Part shown: positions 59,890 through 64,000 of the stretch, piece by piece
How positions within the stretch are numbered: the stretch's first letter is position 1
Layout of the letters: the number at the start of each line of letters is the position of its first letter
NCBI GenBank assembly: GCA_021432655.1
Contig: MU271228.1
Location: forward strand, 62,001 to 126,000
Direction of reading: 5' to 3'
Origin: Atractiella rhizophila
Taxonomy: Eukaryota
Length of the DNA stretch: 64,000 nt
Made by a program: the position numbers and the translations under genes
The notes under the pieces: model-generated
Seen by the model: only the letters and a program-made list of their open reading frames with translations
The model's database searches: none
Told to the model about the DNA's origin: nothing

Positions 59890-61450
59890 TTACTCAGTCT
59901 TTTTCTCCGCTGTGACTGGCGGTCGTTTGAAGCCCTCCATCGCCTTATCAGCATTGGTGAACTGTGCACTCTCCTCAGCCTCTTCTTCCTTCAAAGCAAG
60001 TAAAATGAAACGTACCCAACGTGCCGCATCCCTCAACCAACTAGGCAAGCCTCTCTCCAACCAAGCAAAACCAGTATAGAACGGGACATAAATCTCTCTG
60101 CTCTCACAGCAGTCCAAGACCTGTATGACCTCCTTCGCAACGTTATGAGGCTCGACAATTGGGCAGAAGAAGGAGGCGAGGCCTGGTGCGATGCGGATGG
60201 AGGAGAACATCCGTGTGCGCACTTGACCTGGACATAAGAGGGAGAGGTGGACGTTCCGTAGGTTTTTGGTCGAGGGACTGTTCTTGAGTTCGGCAGTGAG
60301 GGAATCGTGCAGCCCTAACAAAGCAGCCTTGGAGGCACAGTAATCACCTATCATTTACAGGTCAGTGATGACAAGAGTGAGAGCAGGTAATGACCCACTT
60401 AGTTGGGAAACTCCTATGTGCCCAAGTACAGAGGAGACGGTCACCTTTACCACCCAGACCAATCAGAATGGAAACCAAAAATAGAAGAAGAGGAGTCGAA
60501 CAATGTGACCGTGATCGCTCTTGATCATGGCAGGGAGGAAAGCTTTGATAGTCCAAAAGTGGGCGAGCACGTTGACGTCGAAGGTCCTACATCACAAATC
60601 CAAATGGTCCATCAGGAATGAGCCCAAGGGAGGGAATGAAAGAATATTACTTTTTGATTTCGTTTTCTGAGAGGTCTAGCAAAGACTTTCCTTGCACTAC
60701 GCCTGCGTTGTTGATGAGGATAGTTGGATCGCCTAGCTTTAGCCCATTCGTCAGATAACATCAAGGGAGGCGAGGGAAAGCGAAACGTACTTCCTTCCTG
60801 ATTTCTTCAGCCACTCGATCCACCTCCTCTTTCTTCCCGATATCACACTTGAAGAAATAGACGTCGTCTACGAGGCTGCGTCAGCACTTTACACAAGAGA
60901 ATCAAGTCGAATGGTGGAGGCACACCATAATTGTCAATATAGTCAGGCTCTTCAACATCCAGGACAACAACGACGACATGCCGAACCGCAAGCGTCTCCG
61001 CTATGATCCGTCCAATCCCATTCGCTCCTCCGGTGACGACGACGACCTCCGTCTCCCAGTCTGTCTTCCTGAAATGGGTCAGACCCACCATCCCGAATCG
61101 CCAGGAACGGTTAGCGTAGACGATGTGTGACCATCGGAAGAGGAGGAGGACAACAGTGCTGAACACATATACGCAGGAGTAAAAGAAGACGTTGGTGTTC
61201 GTTCCAAAACCCTTTCCAAAGGTTGAATGTAAGCATATTTTCACGCGGGAAGGTGAAGGAGACGAACCTGTGTCATGTAAACTACCGGTACCCACATTGC
61301 GAAAGCTGGATTGAGGATGGACAAATCGGCCACCTTGATGAAGAGGTCGATGTCTGCTGAAGGGTCAAAAGGGCATCAGGTTTGAGAACAAAACTCACCA
61401 AAATGATCCCATATGGCCGTAGGCTCTCTGTTCATTGGTATTTCAGCCAT
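59890..61450 (-). CDS. Membrane short-chain dehydrogenase/reductase (retinol dehydrogenase / TDA5-like)
   Basis: N-terminal TM region, [30 protein letters not shown] and catalytic DYCASK. Confidence 0.9.
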
Positions 61451-61675
61451 TTTTAATGAATTCCAGCGAAAGCTCGTCCAGCAAGCACAAAGAGCAAAAA
61501 GAAATCGTGGTGGTTCGAAATGCACGTGCCCGAGAGTACGTAAACCGCGCCAAATATTTGGGGACAATCAATCCCAAACTCTCGCCCGCACGAAAACCAA
61601 ACGACCAAGTCCTCTAAATTTCTAGCTGCCTTTTTCTCTCGCCAGCTTGCTTGGTCGCCCTCGCATGCGCTTGCG

Positions 61676-64000
61676 ATGACCTCCATCTTGACACCGTCGG
61701 CTTCTCGCCTGCGATTGCCAGGCTCCAAAACGCCAAGGATCAGCGTACCGTCTGCCCTACGCGCTCCGTCCACTCTCACGAGCAAAGGAGCACCCACCAA
61801 CGCCTCTGCGAACACAGTACGCACGCAACCAAGGGCAGTGTCGAATCCGAACGCGGTCAGTGGCACGATAGAAGAGGAAAAAGAAGGATTGAGCGATGAT
61901 GATTTCGAGTTTGTCGAACGTACTGTAGCTAGGGACTTGTTGGGGACAGAGAGGAAGAAGAAAGTACAGGTACGCGAACTTACCTTTAGGAAGAAAGAGA
62001 AGGAAAAAGATAAGACTGTTCCCAACTCTGCAACCACAAAAACAATGGTTGGAGGTCTTGTCCCAAGAAAAACGATTGGAGGAGGACTCATGCCCCCTCC
62101 GTCTCCTGGAAGTGGAAATGGGGCGAACAAGAAGCCATTCTTATCCACTTCCAAGCCTCCTCCATCCCCAACTCCATCAGCAGCGTCCACATCTGCATCT
62201 CCACAGAGCAGCATAGTCCCTCCCACTCCCACTCCAATGGCATCTGGCCTCCGTCCCCCTCGGACGTTGCACAAGCGCAACTCTGCAGAACTGCTCCGTC
62301 GTCCGCAACAGCCAACTCACGCGCCTGATAACTTGATACCATCTATGGATGAAGATGATGTGACTATTCGTCTGGATGGACGTTCAACAACACCTGCATT
62401 CACCCCGCCGCGTGCACTCCATCCTCCGACCACAACCGGCAGGGCATTACCCCAACCTCCTCCATCAACAAACATCAAACCACCAGCGTCGGTAATGCAA
62501 TCAAAACTAGGTCTCCCTCGTCCAAAGGGTCGAGTATCTGCCATTCCTCGTCCTCCATCCGTCGCTGGTTCCGTAAGGAGTGTCTCCAGCAATATCAGTC
62601 GAGGGACGACGCTGACATCTCAGGCACGTACCACTCCACCAACTTCTGTTTCGACGCGACCCAAAGCGCCAAGTACCATCGTTAACACATCGAAAACCAG
62701 TCGCGTCGTCTCGTCTTCTCGAAAGGAGAGGGAAGAGCCAAGCGACCTCTCTGTGCCGAGGAAGAGACCCCCAAAGGCTAGAGTTGCGAGTGGGACGAGA
62801 GAAAGTGTGGCTGATTACAAGAAAAGGAGGAGTGCGGTGCTCGGTGTCAATTACATGGAGGGAGCGGATGGGAAAGAAAATGCCAACGGTGGAGGTAGTG
62901 CTGTGAGGAACGGGAGACCAAAGATTGCGGCGAAGGCGAGCACGAATTTGAGGGAGCTAGTGGAGTCTATGGAGCTAGGTACATCATCTTGCCCTTTCTC
63001 AGTTTGTCCAAGCTGATATCTACTGAACAGGAAAATCTCAATCTGGTCGGCCTATGTCGTTATTTAGTATCAACCCTCCAGCCCTCGAAAACCGTCCATC
63101 TTCTCTGTTTTCCATTCCTCCCCCTCCAGGAGAAGCATACAACTTTGTCTCGGCACGCCCTGACTCCCTCTTCCGAACAAGCATGATGCGCACTCCTTCT
63201 CCCACCTCCCCACCACCGATGATGCCCGCGTTACCGTCAGTCATCCCCGCTGCTCCGCCGAATTTCTCCCTCTCCGCATCCACAGCTACATCGAACGGTC
63301 GCGGGTTCTCAGAGGCAGACCTCGCTAGTTCACCTGGCACTTTCTCTCCAAGACGGAGCATGGCGATGCAGATGGAGGAGATGAGTCTTGCCCTCGCTAC
63401 TCCGCCAATGCCTGGAGGAGAAGGGAGCTGGCAGAAAATGACTGGCGACCTCCTCAATTTGACCGTCAGTCGTCCATCCCTTCATCTCAATCCATCATCG
63501 AACGCGGGCGACAAAACTCCTGGACCCTCTGGACGACGGAATGTGTGGACGGGACAAAAGCTGGAACCTCATTCAGAGGCGACGGAAGGGGAAGAGACGG
63601 AAATAGCTATGGCTAGCCCCACCTTGATTCATAACCCAGGAGGAGTAGCAAGAGGGAGGATGAGAAGCCCTACGAACACGAGGAAGAAGGGTCTAGTAAA
63701 GAGGAAGAGCACAGTCAGCCCTAGGCAAAGCATGATGGGAATAGCCATGGAAGGCAACCGAGCGTCCAGGATCATTTCTCCCAGACAGAGCATGATGTCT
63801 ATTTCTTCCACTTCATCAGGTGGCGGTGGTGGGGAAAGAAGGGGCATGGGAATTCCTCAGGGCATGGAGCTCGTATCGCCTGTCATGCCCGTCTCGATGG
63901 GAACGGTACAGGAGGGAATGGGTGTGGGAAATCGACAGTCTCCAGTCATGGACGCACGCATGATGAACCGCCAATCCGTTTACCTACCGTCATCGACAAG
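61676..64000 (+). CDS. Ser/Pro/Arg-rich low-complexity protein of unknown function, running off the window end
   Basis: A 446-aa ORF is followed by a short intron and an open frame continuing to 64000. Divergent from the SDR gene (about 225 bp). Confidence 0.65.

Noticed and set aside
55899..61450. Metabolic gene cluster of three adjacent oxidoreductases (IVD, TDA3-like, SDR)
   Set aside because: All are widely conserved genes with unrelated known roles, and no shared pathway or regulatory motif is evident.
1..64000. CRISPR arrays, operons, prophage, tRNA/rRNA genes or intact transposons
   Set aside because: The window is intron-rich fungal DNA. I saw no spaced repeat array, tRNA cloverleaf, rRNA sequence, or transposase/RT/tyrosine-recombinase motif.

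Overview
Gene-dense eukaryotic DNA from a fungus, most likely a basidiomycete. This is inferred from many short GT-AG introns with CTRAC-like branch sites and from basidiomycete-style protein families. About 26 protein-coding genes can be reconstructed by hand across introns. They include a PPIL1-like cyclophilin, GINS PSF1, a PCL-type cyclin, a GTPBP1/2 N-terminal-domain-only protein, C2H2, Zn2Cys6 and WC-2-like GATA transcription factors, a SAM methyltransferase, DcpS, GlyRS, a small secreted Cys-rich protein, a GPI chitin deacetylase, a P450, SEC22, Nur1/Mug154, NOP10, insulysin/Ste23, two tandem RS-rich paralogs around a 906-N gap, isovaleryl-CoA dehydrogenase, a TDA3-like FAD oxidoreductase, an SDR and several low-complexity proteins. 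I could not support any tRNA, rRNA, CRISPR array or intact transposon, and I found no clearly new multi-gene system. The best leads are: (1) the GTPase-less GTPBP N-terminal protein carrying a Schlafen/AlbA_2-like E-x4-E-x-K motif; (2) a 271-bp tandem duplication over a TF start codon; (3) a diverged, 5'-truncated duplicate of an RS/RRM gene; (4) an unexplained frameshift in the FAD oxidoreductase; (5) a Zn2Cys6 domain built from four micro-exons. All family assignments come from motif recognition, not database searches, and splice models are manual.
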